From Conyzicola sp. (GTDB taxonomy: Bacteria; Actinomycetota; Actinomycetes; Actinomycetales; Microbacteriaceae): DNA of 64,000 nucleotides. A program made the position numbers and the translations under genes. Under the pieces are notes generated by a model. It was not told the origin of the DNA and made no database searches. It worked only from the letters and a program-made list of their open reading frames with translations. Location: contig NZ_JBKKAD010000168.1 in NCBI RefSeq assembly GCF_046714715.1, positions 38,152 to 102,151 on the forward strand. Reading direction: 5' to 3'. This document shows, one piece after another, positions 1 through 9,526 of the stretch (positions are counted from its first letter, which is position 1; every line of letters starts with the position of its first letter).

Positions 1-39
1 AGCGCGCGAGCCGGTCACCGCGCGCGTACCGTTGACCCC

Positions 40-420
40 ATGCGTCCCGCCACCCGAACCGCCCTGCTCGCCTTCCTGACCGACGCGGCGCTCGTGCTCG
101 TCTTCGTGCTGATCGGCCGCGCGAGCCACGACGAGAACCCGATGCTCGGGGCGCTCGTGACTTACTGGCCGTTCCTCGTGGCGCTGCTGGTCGGATGGGT
201 GCTCGCTCGCGCGTGGAGGTCTCCGCTCGCCGTGCTGCGCAGTGGCGTGCCGATCTGGGTCACGACGGTCGCGCTCGGCATGCTGCTGCGGGTGCTGGCC
301 GACCAGGGCGTTCAGTGGAGCTTCGTGATCGTGACATCCGTGGTTCTGGGCGTCTTCCTGCTCGGCTGGCGAGCCGTCGCCCACCTGGTGAGCGCGCGCC
401 GTCGCGCCCGCACGAACTAG
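40..420 (+). CDS. small integral membrane protein, DUF3054-like
   Basis: 126-aa ORF with four hydrophobic segments and a GRASHDE motif after the first; family name recalled from that pattern. Confidence 0.55.
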   Translation: MRPATRTALLAFLTDAALVLVFVLIGRASHDENPMLGALVTYWPFLVALLVGWVLARAWRSPLAVLRSGVPIWVTTVALGMLLRVLADQGVQWSFVIVTSVVLGVFLLGWRAVAHLVSARRRARTN

Positions 421-455
421 CCGCTCAGGCCGCCCGGTCGCTCAGGCCGACCGGT

Positions 456-1529
456 TCAGGCGGAACGCTCGACCGGCACCGCGGCCAGATCCACCAGCAC
501 CGACTCGTAGGCGTCGACCATGCCGCCGAACTCGAAACGGCGCGAGGCAGCGAGCGCCTCCGACCTGTCGATGCGCCGGGCGCGGGTGATGGCCGAGGCG
601 AGAGCCGCGGCATCCGTCGACCGTGAAATGCACCCGCCCTGCCCGCCGAGCAGCTCGCTCACCGCGCCGTTCGGCAGAGCCGCGACGGGCGTGCCGCTCG
701 CGAGCGCCTCGACCACGGTGAGGCCGAACGGTTCCTCCCACAGCGGCGACGAGACGAACACCTCGCCCGACGCGAAGAAGCCGGCGAGCTCGCGGTGCTG
801 CAGGTGGCCGCGGTAGCGCACGTCCGCGCCGAGCCGCGGCGCGATCTCGGTCTCGAAGTAGTCGTGGCGCGAGATCGGCCCGGCGAACTCGAATTGCATG
901 CCGGCGCTGCGGGCGGCGTCGATGGCGAGGTGCAGGCCCTTCTCGCGCGTGATGCGCGCCGCCCAGACCGCGAGGCCGGGGGTGTGCGCGACCGTGGGAC
1001 GCCAGCGTTCGAGCTTGATGCCGTTGGGCACTACGTCGACCTCGGGCAGCATGCCGCGCCAGCCGCGCGCGTTCGACTCGGACACGGTGACGTACCGGTG
1101 CAGCGCACTCGGCGTCCAGCCGGGTCGGCTCACGATCGCGGTCACGTCGTCGAGGTTGGCGGGCGTGTGCAGGATGGTGAGCATCGGCAGCTCGCGCATC
1201 GCGCTGAACGGCTGCGAGCTCAGCGAGTTGTTGACGACGACGTCGAACCGGCCGTCGTGGATCACCGCGATGCTGTGGTGCACCGCCTCGGCGAGGAAGC
1301 CCTGCTGCTGCTTGCGCACGAGCGGGCTGGCCAAGTTGGTGAACTCGAAGTCCGCCGGCACGAGTGGGTAGACCTCGGCGTCGCTGACCGATCCCTCCTT
1401 CGCGAACAGGGTCACGTCGTGCCCGCGGGCCACCAGCTCGTCGGCGAGCATCGCGGTGTGCGCCTCGGTGCCGCCTTCGTAGGGCTCGGCGATGGCGTGG
1501 TGCATGTGGCTGAGCAGCGCGATTCTCAC
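456..1529 (-). CDS. glycosyltransferase, GT-B fold (GT4-like)
   Basis: 357 aa; N-terminus RIALLS..GGTEAHTAMLADELVARGHDV and C-terminal SSPLWEEPFGLTVVEALASGTPV (E-x7-E type); GTG start overlaps the stop of the upstream gene (GTGA). Confidence 0.85.
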   Translation of the reverse strand: MRIALLSHMHHAIAEPYEGGTEAHTAMLADELVARGHDVTLFAKEGSVSDAEVYPLVPADFEFTNLASPLVRKQQQGFLAEAVHHSIAVIHDGRFDVVVNNSLSSQPFSAMRELPMLTILHTPANLDDVTAIVSRPGWTPSALHRYVTVSESNARGWRGMLPEVDVVPNGIKLERWRPTVAHTPGLAVWAARITREKGLHLAIDAARSAGMQFEFAGPISRHDYFETEIAPRLGADVRYRGHLQHRELAGFFASGEVFVSSPLWEEPFGLTVVEALASGTPVAALPNGAVSELLGGQGGCISRSTDAAALASAITRARRIDRSEALAASRRFEFGGMVDAYESVLVDLAAVPVERSA

Positions 1530-2347
1530 GTGGTGACTCCGATTCGGGTGTAGAGGCCGGCCGCGTCGCGACCCACGAGGCCGCGGCGTTCGAACTCGTC
1601 GAGCCAGCCGCGCATGGGCCAGAACCCCCAGCGGCTTTCGAACAGGGCGGCGTTGGTGAGGATGTCGTCGAGGTGCTGCACCGGCGGGTCCTGCGTCTCG
1701 TGGAACTGGTGGTACGCGACGGCGCCGCCCACCCAGACCAGGTCGATGCCGGCGTCGTCGGCCGCGAGCCCGAAGTCGGTGTCTTCGCCGCCGTACCCCG
1801 TGTATCCCTCGAAGAAGCCGTCGAGGTCGCGCCAGGCGGCACGGTCGACCGCGAACGACAGCGACCAGAACAGCTCGTGGCGGCCGCGGTCGATCTCGCC
1901 CGGCGAGGGGTTCGGACGGAACGCGTGCACGTGCGCGACGTCGTCGAACGAGGCCGGGCGGTTGTAGTCGACGCCCTCGGGCAGGTAGCCGACAGGACCG
2001 GTGAGCAGAGACCGCGGATGCTGCTGCGCGGCCTTCGCATACAGGTCGAGCAGCTGCGGGTGGGGGATGCAGTCCACGTCGAGGAACACTACGACGTCGG
2101 CGCCGCGTTCGAGCGCGAGGTCCGCGCCGCGGTTGCGCGCGGCGGCGAGCGGCAGCCGCCCGTCGACGGGCACGTCGACGACGAACGGAGCAGGGGCACC
2201 GCCGGGCGCCCAGCCGCCGAGGGCGGCGTCACCCATGGCCACCACGATGTAGTCGTCGGCCGCCCGGGTCGAGCGGGCGAGTGCGGCGTGCTGCCGCTCG
2301 AGATGCTCGTGCCGGCCGGAGACGATGGTGACGACGGCGACTCTCAC
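1526..2347 (-). CDS. glycosyltransferase family 2
   Basis: Only the last 273 codons of the 568-aa ORF look protein-like (VRVAVVTIVSGRHEHL.., FLDVDCIP DxD-type motif, GYGGEDTDF); GTG at 2347 overlaps the upstream stop (GTGA); the Arg-rich N-terminal part of the ORF is rejected. Confidence 0.8.
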   Translation of the reverse strand: MRVAVVTIVSGRHEHLERQHAALARSTRAADDYIVVAMGDAALGGWAPGGAPAPFVVDVPVDGRLPLAAARNRGADLALERGADVVVFLDVDCIPHPQLLDLYAKAAQQHPRSLLTGPVGYLPEGVDYNRPASFDDVAHVHAFRPNPSPGEIDRGRHELFWSLSFAVDRAAWRDLDGFFEGYTGYGGEDTDFGLAADDAGIDLVWVGGAVAYHQFHETQDPPVQHLDDILTNAALFESRWGFWPMRGWLDEFERRGLVGRDAAGLYTRIGVTT

Positions 2348-3492
2348 GCTGCGTCGGTCCGGGGGAGCGCGGGCGAGGGAGGGGTGCCGGGGTCGAGAGC
2401 GGGCGAGGGAGCGGTGCCGGCGTCGCGAGCGGGCGAGGGAGCGGTGTCGGGTGGTGGCGAGGCGGGGGCGTCGTCGGCGTCGCCGGCATCGCCCGCGCCA
2501 ACGGGTCGCGCGACGCGGCGCACGATGGCCGCCGCACGCGCGGCGGCGCCACCGTCGCACCAGACGCTCCACGCCTCGCCGTCGAGTGCCGCCGTCTCGC
2601 GCACGAGCCGCGCCCAGTCGACCGGCGACGCATCCACCGTCGGATCGACGATAGCCACCGGCATGTCGCTCGCCGCGAGCGCGCGCCCCATCGCGTGCTG
2701 CTCGTCGTGTGGCCGGTCCTCGGGCAGGATGATCGCCGGCACCCGCGACGCGGCGATCTCGGCGAGTGCGTTCTCGCCGCAGTGTGCGATCACGAGCGCC
2801 GAGGTGCGCAGCGTGTGGGCGACCGTCGCGCTGTCGGCGCCGGACAGCACGACCCAGTCGGCGTCGGGCAGGGCGCGCCGCGCTTCGGCGACGGCGGCGT
2901 CGAGCGCACTCACCCCGCGTGTGCCGAGTCCGGCGAGCACGGCGATCTGCCCGGCGACGCGGGGCAGCGAATCGACGGTGGCAATGCGGCTGATCGCGCC
3001 GACGGGCTCGATGCGGGGTGCGACGTCGTCCGCGACAGTCAGGGCGGCGATGTCCGGCGGCCAGACGGCGACGATCGCGCTCGACGCGCGGTAGCCCAGC
3101 GAGTGGGGCGCATCCGCCCGATCGCCCGGTTGGGCAATGGAGATGACCGGGATCCCGTGCAGCCGCACCAGCAACGCCACCTCGACCGACACGTCGACCA
3201 CGACCGCCGACGGCGTCTCGCGTCGCAGCCACTCGGCGATGAGGCCCATGCGCTCGCGCAGTCCGTCGGAGCCGAGCGGCGCCCAGTGCAGCGCGTCGTG
3301 CGCCGTGGCGTCCGCGTCGGCGTCACGGTCGTGCGGCGAATGGTCGAGGGGGAGGTCGACCCAGCCGCCAGTCCAGGCCGCGGGTCGCGGGGACGACGAG
3401 AGGATGGTCACCTCGTCGCCCAGCTCGTGCGCGATCGACATGGCGCGGTGCAGGTGGCCGGCGCCGCGGTGGTGCGCGTAGTACCCGATCAC
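2344..3492 (-). CDS. glycosyltransferase, MurG/GT28-like GT-B fold with Pro/Ala-rich C-terminal repeat tail
   Basis: 382 aa; N-terminus MIGYYAHHRGAGHLHRA (G-x-G-H loop as in MurG-type enzymes); first gene of a GTGA-coupled three-gene operon; tail has three copies of a 10-aa (T[AP]PSPA[RL]D[AP]G-like) repeat. Confidence 0.6.
   Translation of the reverse strand: MIGYYAHHRGAGHLHRAMSIAHELGDEVTILSSSPRPAAWTGGWVDLPLDHSPHDRDADADATAHDALHWAPLGSDGLRERMGLIAEWLRRETPSAVVVDVSVEVALLVRLHGIPVISIAQPGDRADAPHSLGYRASSAIVAVWPPDIAALTVADDVAPRIEPVGAISRIATVDSLPRVAGQIAVLAGLGTRGVSALDAAVAEARRALPDADWVVLSGADSATVAHTLRTSALVIAHCGENALAEIAASRVPAIILPEDRPHDEQHAMGRALAASDMPVAIVDPTVDASPVDWARLVRETAALDGEAWSVWCDGGAAARAAAIVRRVARPVGAGDAGDADDAPASPPPDTAPSPARDAGTAPSPALDPGTPPSPALPRTDAA
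2368..2457. repeat. 3 x 30-bp tandem repeat inside the 3' end of the GT-B gene
   Basis: gggcgaggga recurs at 2371, 2401 and 2431 with similar flanks; encodes the decapeptide repeats of the C-terminal tail. Confidence 0.8.
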
Positions 3493-3671
3493 AGGGCACC
3501 ACGGGCAGAAGTCATTTCTTCACGGTATGTGCGCGCGCCGGATCGGAGCAGGCCTTGCTTTTCCCCTGCGTATCCGCAAGACCGCGCAGCGATGCGGATG
3601 TCGCGGGGCCGGTCGATGCCGTCGGGGTGCGTCGATCGGTCTGCGGCGGGGGCGTCGCCCTGCCGTGCGCC

Positions 3672-4133
3672 CTATCCCGCGAGCGCGCCGACCACCGGCG
3701 TCGTCAGCAGCACGAACCCGGCGACGTTCACCGCCGCGGTAACCCAGAAGACGGCGCGGAACGACCGCTTGGCCGTCTTGTGCCGCAGCATCTGCTGCGC
3801 GATGAGGGCGGCCGGCCAGCCGCCGACGACGGCGAGCAGGTGCAGCGTGTTCTCCGAGACGCGACGCCTGCCGGTTCCGGCGGCCCGCTTGTCGACGGCG
3901 TAGACGACGAAGGTGACGACACCCGCGACCAGGTAGAGCGCGTGCACCCAGACGGGGAACGGCCACTCGACCCACACGCCGAGATACAGCGCGGCGAAGG
4001 CGGCGAGCAGGATGTATCCGGGCAGGGCGGGCGCCGCTTTAGTGCGCGAAGAGCTCGTGGCCCTGCCTCGTGTGCCAGAGCCACGCACGTCGCGACCAAC
4101 GCCGCCCGTCGGTCGTCGCCCGTCAGATCCCAT
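3672..4133 (-). CDS. DUF1294 family membrane protein
   Basis: 153 aa; YAVDKRAA..RRRVSENTLHLLAVVGGWPAALIAQQMLRHKTAKRSF matches the DUF1294 signature as I recall it. Confidence 0.75.
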   Translation of the reverse strand: MGSDGRRPTGGVGRDVRGSGTRGRATSSSRTKAAPALPGYILLAAFAALYLGVWVEWPFPVWVHALYLVAGVVTFVVYAVDKRAAGTGRRRVSENTLHLLAVVGGWPAALIAQQMLRHKTAKRSFRAVFWVTAAVNVAGFVLLTTPVVGALAG

Positions 4134-4200
4134 CTGTCGAGGATAGCCAGCCGCCGCGGCTGCGAGCGCGAGCCCTGATTTCAGAGCCGCGCGGCCCGAG

Positions 4201-4620
4201 CTACGCCGGCCACACCCCGATGATCAGCGCCATGATCACGAGCGTCACGAACTCGTGCGCGATGTTCAGCACGGTCAGCCCGCTCGGACGCCCCTCGAAG
4301 GCGTCGTGCGTGATGAACCGCGCGGCGGTGAAGCCCGCCCACAGGATGATCGTGGTCACGAGCGCGTTCACCAGAAAACTGCCGCCGTAGAAGTCCCACG
4401 AGATGTAGGCTGCCCCGGCCAGCACCCACGCCGTGATGAAGCTCACGATGAGCGTGATCACGATCGGCCACGCCGCGTCCTTCGCGTTGCCGGAGGGGGT
4501 GACCTTCGCCACCCGCATCCAGTAGGTGCCGAAGACCTTCGGCGTGTACCAGACCGTACCGACGATCATGCTCGACAGGGTCGCGAGAATGACCGCCCAG
4601 TAGTTGATTTCGGGAGCCAT
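4201..4620 (-). CDS. DUF1761 family membrane protein
   Basis: 139 aa; N-terminus INYWAVILATLSSMIVGTVWYTPKVFGTYW is typical of DUF1761; four TM segments. Confidence 0.7.
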   Translation of the reverse strand: MAPEINYWAVILATLSSMIVGTVWYTPKVFGTYWMRVAKVTPSGNAKDAAWPIVITLIVSFITAWVLAGAAYISWDFYGGSFLVNALVTTIILWAGFTAARFITHDAFEGRPSGLTVLNIAHEFVTLVIMALIIGVWPA

Positions 4621-4673
4621 GATGTCCTTTCGCCGTGCGGTTGACGGAATTCTATGACTAACCTCGAAGAATC

Positions 4674-6035
4674 ATGAGTACCACCCGACCACCGGAACGC
4701 CTTCTCTCCCCGCAGTATCTCTGGACCACGGTCGGAGCCATCACCCTGATCTTCCTCGGCGCGTTCGAGTCGCTCGCCGTGACCACGATCATGCCCACCG
4801 TCAGCCGCGAACTCGACGGCGAGGCGTTGTATTCGCTCGCCTTCTCGGCCACCCTCGCCGCGAGCGTCATCGGCATGGTCGTCGCCGGCGGCTGGTCCGA
4901 CCGGCGCGGTCCGTCCGGACCCCTCATCGCGTCGATGGCGGTGTTCGTCGTGGGTCTCGCGCTGTCGGGCACGGCGGAGAACATGTACGTGTTCATCGTC
5001 GGCCGGTTCCTGCAGGGCCTCGGTTCCGGCGCGACGATCGTCGCGCTCTACGTCGTGGTCGCGCGCATCTACCCGCCCGCGCTGCATCCGCGCATGTTCG
5101 GCGCGTTCGCGACGGCCTGGGTGCTGCCGTCCCTCATCGGCCCGCCTGTCGCGGGCGCCGTCGCCGACACCGTGGGCTGGCACTGGGTGTTCCTCGGCGT
5201 CGGCGTGATCTCGCTGGTCGCGGCCGGCGCGATCGTTCCCGCCCTGCTGCACCTTCGGTCGGTGGTCGTCGCCCCCGGAACAGCGGGCGCCCGCTGGGCC
5301 GTGCTCTGGGCGATCGTGGTCGCCGTCGCGGTGCTCGCGATCGGGCTCGGCGGCGAGAACGGCGGCCCGTTCGCCTGGCCCATCGTGGTGGTCGCCTTCG
5401 TGGTCGTGGTGCTGGCCCTGCGCCCATTGCTGCCGCGCGGAACCCTGATCGCCCGACGTGGCCTGCCCGCGACGGTGTTGCTGCGCGGCGCGGTCGCGGC
5501 GCCGTTCTTCGCGACGGAGGTCTACCTGCCCTACCTGCTGCACGAGCAGTACGGCCTGCCGTCGTGGCTGGCGGGGCTCATCCTCACGGTCGGCGCTCTG
5601 TCGTGGGCCGCCGGATCGACGCTGCAGGGACGACTCGGTGACCGGATGTCGCATTCCGCGACCCTGCGCATCGGTGCCGCCATCGTCTTCGCCGGTATCG
5701 CGGTGCAGCTGCTGACGGCCGCGCTGCTGCTCTCACCGATCGTCGCGGCCGCCGGATGGCTGCTCGCCGGCGGCGGTATGGGTCTGCTCTTCCCGCGCCT
5801 CTCGACCCTCGTGCTGTCGCTGTCCAGCGACACCGACCAGGGTTTCAACAGCTCCGCGCTGACCATCGCCGACTCGACCGCCGCGGCAACGGCGATCGCG
5901 TTCGCCGGTCTCGTCTTCACGGCGTTCGGTGCGGCGACCGGCGCCGGCTTCGTCGCGGCTCTCGCGCTGACGACGGTGCTGGCACTCGTGGCCATCCCGA
6001 TCGCCGCCCGCGTCCAGACCCGCACCGACGCCTGA
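4674..6035 (+). CDS. MFS transporter
   Basis: 453 aa with 12-14 hydrophobic helices; GWSDRRGPSGP loop (MFS motif A-like) between TM2 and TM3. Confidence 0.85.
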   Translation: MSTTRPPERLLSPQYLWTTVGAITLIFLGAFESLAVTTIMPTVSRELDGEALYSLAFSATLAASVIGMVVAGGWSDRRGPSGPLIASMAVFVVGLALSGTAENMYVFIVGRFLQGLGSGATIVALYVVVARIYPPALHPRMFGAFATAWVLPSLIGPPVAGAVADTVGWHWVFLGVGVISLVAAGAIVPALLHLRSVVVAPGTAGARWAVLWAIVVAVAVLAIGLGGENGGPFAWPIVVVAFVVVVLALRPLLPRGTLIARRGLPATVLLRGAVAAPFFATEVYLPYLLHEQYGLPSWLAGLILTVGALSWAAGSTLQGRLGDRMSHSATLRIGAAIVFAGIAVQLLTAALLLSPIVAAAGWLLAGGGMGLLFPRLSTLVLSLSSDTDQGFNSSALTIADSTAAATAIAFAGLVFTAFGAATGAGFVAALALTTVLALVAIPIAARVQTRTDA

Positions 6036-6075
6036 CCCGTAAGCCGCTTTTATCGCCGCATTGCCTCGAGCGCGG

Positions 6076-6549
6076 TCAGCGCAGTATCGCCTCGAGCGCG
6101 GCTACCGCCGGCACCTGGCCCTTGACCAACCTTGAGCGCGCGACGTCGGCCGGGCACCACTCGGCACGGTCGATCTCGGGGAAAGTGATCTGATGACCGC
6201 TTCCCCGCGGCCACTCGACGGTCACGGGGTTGCTCGCGAACTCGTGCTCCGCGAATCCGAGATCGCTTTCGGCCGCGAACACCGTGACGATCTTGCCCGA
6301 CACGTAGCGAAAGTCGCCGAGCCGAACGTATTCAGCCTCCGGTGCGGGCTGCCCGATCTCTTCGGCGAACTCGCGTCGAGCGGTCGCGAAGTCGTTTTCG
6401 CCGGGTTCGATGAGTCCTTTGGGGATCGACCACGCCGCGGCATCGCGCCTCGCCCAGATCGGACCACCCATGTGGCCGATGAACACCTCGAGGCTCTCCC
6501 GGCGCCGGTACAGCAGGAGGCCCGCGCTGTGATCGGCGGAGGTAGGCAT
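6076..6549 (-). CDS. NUDIX hydrolase
   Basis: 157 aa; Nudix box GLIEPGENDFATARREFAEEIG (G-x5-E-x7-REUxEExG). Confidence 0.85.
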   Translation of the reverse strand: MPTSADHSAGLLLYRRRESLEVFIGHMGGPIWARRDAAAWSIPKGLIEPGENDFATARREFAEEIGQPAPEAEYVRLGDFRYVSGKIVTVFAAESDLGFAEHEFASNPVTVEWPRGSGHQITFPEIDRAEWCPADVARSRLVKGQVPAVAALEAILR

Positions 6550-6560
6550 CCCTCAGCCTA

Positions 6561-6601
6561 AAACGACGAGGGCCCCGACAGCAGAAGCTGCGGGGCCCTC
6601 G
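6561..6601 (-). terminator. rho-independent terminator candidate downstream of the SRPBCC gene
   Basis: 11-bp GC stem cgagggccccg / cggggccctcg with a 13-nt loop, followed on the minus strand by tcgTTTT. Confidence 0.5.
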
Positions 6602-6685
6602 AGGTAACGAACTGGCCACACCTCACGGTAGGCTCTCCGGCTGGTTCGAGCGTTGTGCTCGCGCGTACCAGTCGAACGCGCGGTG

Positions 6686-7141
6686 CTAGTTGGCGACGTC
6701 TCCGCGCCAGGCTCCGGTCGCGGTGTGCTGCTCTTCGATGAACTTCTTGAAGTTGTCGAGGTCGCTCTTGATGATGTGGTCGTCGACACCCAGAACGGCG
6801 CCGGCCTTTTCGGCGAGGCCGCTGGCCTCCCAGTCGAGCTGCACGGTCACGCGCGTTTCGTCGTCTTTCAGCTTGTGGAAGGTGACCACACCCGCGTGGT
6901 TCTCTTCGCCGCCTACGCTGTTCCAGGCGACGCGCTCGTCGGCGTGCTGCTCAGTGATCTCGGCGTCGAATTCGCGCTCGATTCCGGCGACCTTCACCTT
7001 CCAGTGCGTGAGGGTGTCAGTGGTCTGGGTGATCGACTCGACGAAGCTCAGGAACTTGGGGAACGTCTCGAACTGGGTCCACTGGTTGTAGGCCGTCGAA
7101 ACGGGAACGTTGACGTCGACGGTTTTGATGACCTGGGGCAT
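6686..7141 (-). CDS. SRPBCC family protein (polyketide cyclase/dehydrase-like)
   Basis: Start moved to ATG at 7141 (MPQVIKTVDVNVP..), which has AGGAAG about 9 nt upstream; sequence YNQWTQFETFPKFLSFVESI...WNSVGGEENHAGVVTF is typical of the family. Confidence 0.8.
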   Translation of the reverse strand: MPQVIKTVDVNVPVSTAYNQWTQFETFPKFLSFVESITQTTDTLTHWKVKVAGIEREFDAEITEQHADERVAWNSVGGEENHAGVVTFHKLKDDETRVTVQLDWEASGLAEKAGAVLGVDDHIIKSDLDNFKKFIEEQHTATGAWRGDVAN

Positions 7142-7382
7142 TGCTATCTTCTTCCTGTTGATCTCTCTGGTGGATTGATCTGTCGGTTGCATTGATGTGC
7201 GGGCCACAAGGTTCGTGGCCACCCCTTCGACGTTACGGAGCCACCGGAGCGCTCGCTGCCCCTCGCCAGCGCGACGGTCGGGTGCTAGTGTCCCGCGTCG
7301 ACCGCCCGTTCACAGGTTCGCCCGATTCACGCGTTCGCTGGTTCGATCTAGCAGACAGCGCTCCACCCGGCCGCCTCCCTGG

Positions 7383-8891
7383 CTATCCTGCCGCCGCTCT
7401 CTCCAGGTCGTGCAGCGCGGCGCTCTTCGAGGGCATCGCGCGCGGAACACGGTCGGGGTCGACGTCGGCCGGCGGCACGAGCCAGTAGTCGGCACCGCTT
7501 CGCGTGATCTCCCAGTTGTTGTCGTGCAGCAGCAGATGGTGATGTCGGCAGAGCAGGATGCCGTTCACAATGTCGGTGGGGCCGTGATCGCGTTTCCAAT
7601 GTCGAATGTGGTGCGCTTCGGTCCACGAGGGTGGCCGATCGCAACCGGGCCAGCGACAGCCGCCATCGCGGGCCGCGAGGGCCACGCGTTGCCGCGCGGT
7701 GAAGAGCCTCTGTTCGCGGCCGACGTCGATGGGTTGCCCGGTAAAGAAGTCGATCGTGAGGGTGCCCACGTCGCAGGCGTTGCGTTCGATAGTCGCGATG
7801 GAGACCGGGATGTCGAGACCCTCGATGCGTCCGTGGCTGGGGGAGGGGGCTGTTGCGACGCCAGCACCAGCACCGACACCAGCGCCAGCACCAGCACCAG
7901 CACCGGTACCAGTTCCACCACCACCAGAACCGCCAGCGCCGAACGCCGAGCCCGCACGGGCGCGTTTCGCCGCTTCCAGCGCGGTCACGTTGGCGAGCAA
8001 CCGCACCGCGGGCACACGGGAGCCGACCATGATGCGCGACTCGTCGGCCGCCGACCCCGCCCGCAGCACGTGCAGGAACGCATCGTGCACGTATTGGTCG
8101 GTCGTGCGGCCATCGGCGACGACAGCGTCGGCCCAAGCCTTGTCGTCGGGGTCGACGAACCGCGGCCCGCCCCGGCGTGGCGAGCTGATCGAGTCGTAGA
8201 GCGAGTCGAGGAACGCCGTGGACTCGAGATCGGCGTCGACGATGTAGCGGTTCAGGCCGTTCGCGCGTCGAACCCGGCGAACCGCCCGCTGCTCATAGAT
8301 CTGGCGTTCACGTTCGACGATGCCGGCTTCGTCGAGGTCGTCGCGAAGTTCGCGGGCGCGCTTGAACATCGCGTCGGCATCGAGCGGGAGCGCGACCAAC
8401 GATGCCGCCGCAGCGCTCAGCTGTTCGGCAGTGACCCCGACCCCCGGCTCACCGAGCCCGGCCTGAATGGCCGTCGCAGCCGCGACGGAAAGCGAGCCGC
8501 CTGCAACCGCCCGCCCGACGTCGCGCATCCAGACGGCACCCGAGGGTGTCGGCTCGTGGGCGTCGAGCACCAGCGCCCCGGCCTTCACCAGTGTCACTGC
8601 GTCGCGGGCGGTAGACCCCGTCTCGTGCTGCACGAGCTTCTCGGGCGTGCGGAAACCGGAGCGCTGAGCGAGGCCGGAATGCCCGAGCGACGGGTCTGAG
8701 CGGCGCCCGACCTCGCCCGCGACGACCGCGGCAGCGGTGTCGACCGCGCGTCGCACCGCCGCGAGCGACCGCTGGGCCGCCAATAGCTCGTCATCGGAGA
8801 TAGACGTGAAGACCGTGGCATCCGAGGGCACCGACTCGGCGCACTGCAACAGCGTTGCGAGCGACGCATCGAGTGGGGCCGTGGAAGACAT
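7383..8891 (-). CDS. HNH endonuclease, DUF222 (13E12-repeat) family
   Basis: C-terminal CRWPGCDRPPSWTEAHHIRHWKRDHGPTDIVNGILLCRHHHLLLH HNH motif; N-terminal DUF222-like region; alternative start at 8939. Confidence 0.85.
   Translation of the reverse strand: MSSTAPLDASLATLLQCAESVPSDATVFTSISDDELLAAQRSLAAVRRAVDTAAAVVAGEVGRRSDPSLGHSGLAQRSGFRTPEKLVQHETGSTARDAVTLVKAGALVLDAHEPTPSGAVWMRDVGRAVAGGSLSVAAATAIQAGLGEPGVGVTAEQLSAAAASLVALPLDADAMFKRARELRDDLDEAGIVERERQIYEQRAVRRVRRANGLNRYIVDADLESTAFLDSLYDSISSPRRGGPRFVDPDDKAWADAVVADGRTTDQYVHDAFLHVLRAGSAADESRIMVGSRVPAVRLLANVTALEAAKRARAGSAFGAGGSGGGGTGTGAGAGAGAGVGAGAGVATAPSPSHGRIEGLDIPVSIATIERNACDVGTLTIDFFTGQPIDVGREQRLFTARQRVALAARDGGCRWPGCDRPPSWTEAHHIRHWKRDHGPTDIVNGILLCRHHHLLLHDNNWEITRSGADYWLVPPADVDPDRVPRAMPSKSAALHDLERAAAG
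7861..7945. repeat. hexanucleotide-type microsatellite (ccagca/ccggta)n inside the HNH gene
   Basis: Run ccagcaccagcaccgacaccagcgccagcaccagcaccagcaccggtacc..; encodes the GGSGGGGTGTGAGAGAGAGVGAGAGV linker. Confidence 0.8.
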
Positions 8892-9019
8892 GTATGAATT
8901 TTCCCAAGCGACCGTCGCGCGTGGTGAAGATCCGGCCAAACTCGGGAGCGTTCTCCACAGGCAATATCTGTGGAGGACCGGTTGACCCGCCCCCTACCCC
9001 CGCGAGTACGGTCGTGCCC

Positions 9020-9352
9020 ATGGCGAACATCGTGGAAAAGATCGCGCAACAGGTCACATCCGTTGGCGCGAAGGCAAGCTATGGAGAACCGGTCACCGTC
9101 GGTGGAGTCGAGCTCGTTCCCGTCGCGCTGGTCTGGTTCGGATTCGGCGGCGGAAGTGACGAAGCCGAGCAGGGCGGAGGAGGCGGCGGAGGCGCCAGTA
9201 TCCCGGTCGGCGCCTACGTGCGCGGGCCGGACGGCGCCAAGTTCAAGCCGAACCTCGTGGCGCTGCTCGCGGTCACCGTGCCGATCGCCTGGGCGGTGAG
9301 CTGGGGAATCGTGGGTATCGCGCTGGCAGCGTCCGGTCGACGCAAGCGGTAG
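9020..9352 (+). CDS. GerW/YtfJ-like protein
   Basis: Start at internal ATG (MANIVEKIAQQV..SYGEPVTVGGVELVPVA..GGGGG..PVGAYV), the pattern of the YtfJ/GerW family; C-terminal TM segment. Confidence 0.65.
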   Translation: MANIVEKIAQQVTSVGAKASYGEPVTVGGVELVPVALVWFGFGGGSDEAEQGGGGGGGASIPVGAYVRGPDGAKFKPNLVALLAVTVPIAWAVSWGIVGIALAASGRRKR

Positions 9353-9359
9353 CGGGGCA

Positions 9360-9417
9360 GGTTTCGATACGGGCGCGGGCGCCCTACTCAACCAGCAGAC
9401 GGCCCTACTCACCCAGC
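9360..9417. repeat. GAGTAG-element, right-half copy plus duplicated terminal arm
   Basis: ggtttcgatacgg-gcgcgggcgc-cctactcaaccag followed by cagacggccctactcacccag. Confidence 0.8.
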
Positions 9418-9526
9418 GACGAAAAACCTAATCCGTGTCATCCGGTATATATCCCGCAGCGACAGGCGTTGGCTTGGGGGTGTGGCGCGATCCGCCACTG
9501 TTCCGCAATGTAAGGAGAACGGCTCT

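Noticed and set aside
442-3232. Long alternative-frame ORFs over the glycosyltransferase operon (442-2040 minus, 1673-3094 plus, and the N-terminal 295 codons of 1526-3232)
   Set aside because: Extremely Arg/Pro/Ala-rich with no motifs. The three glycosyltransferase frames with GTGA junctions explain the region.
6063-6101. 13-bp direct duplication gcctcgagcgcgg (6063-6075 and 6089-6101) at the NUDIX gene 3' end
   Set aside because: Short, GC-rich and partly coding. It is probably a chance or trivial local duplication.
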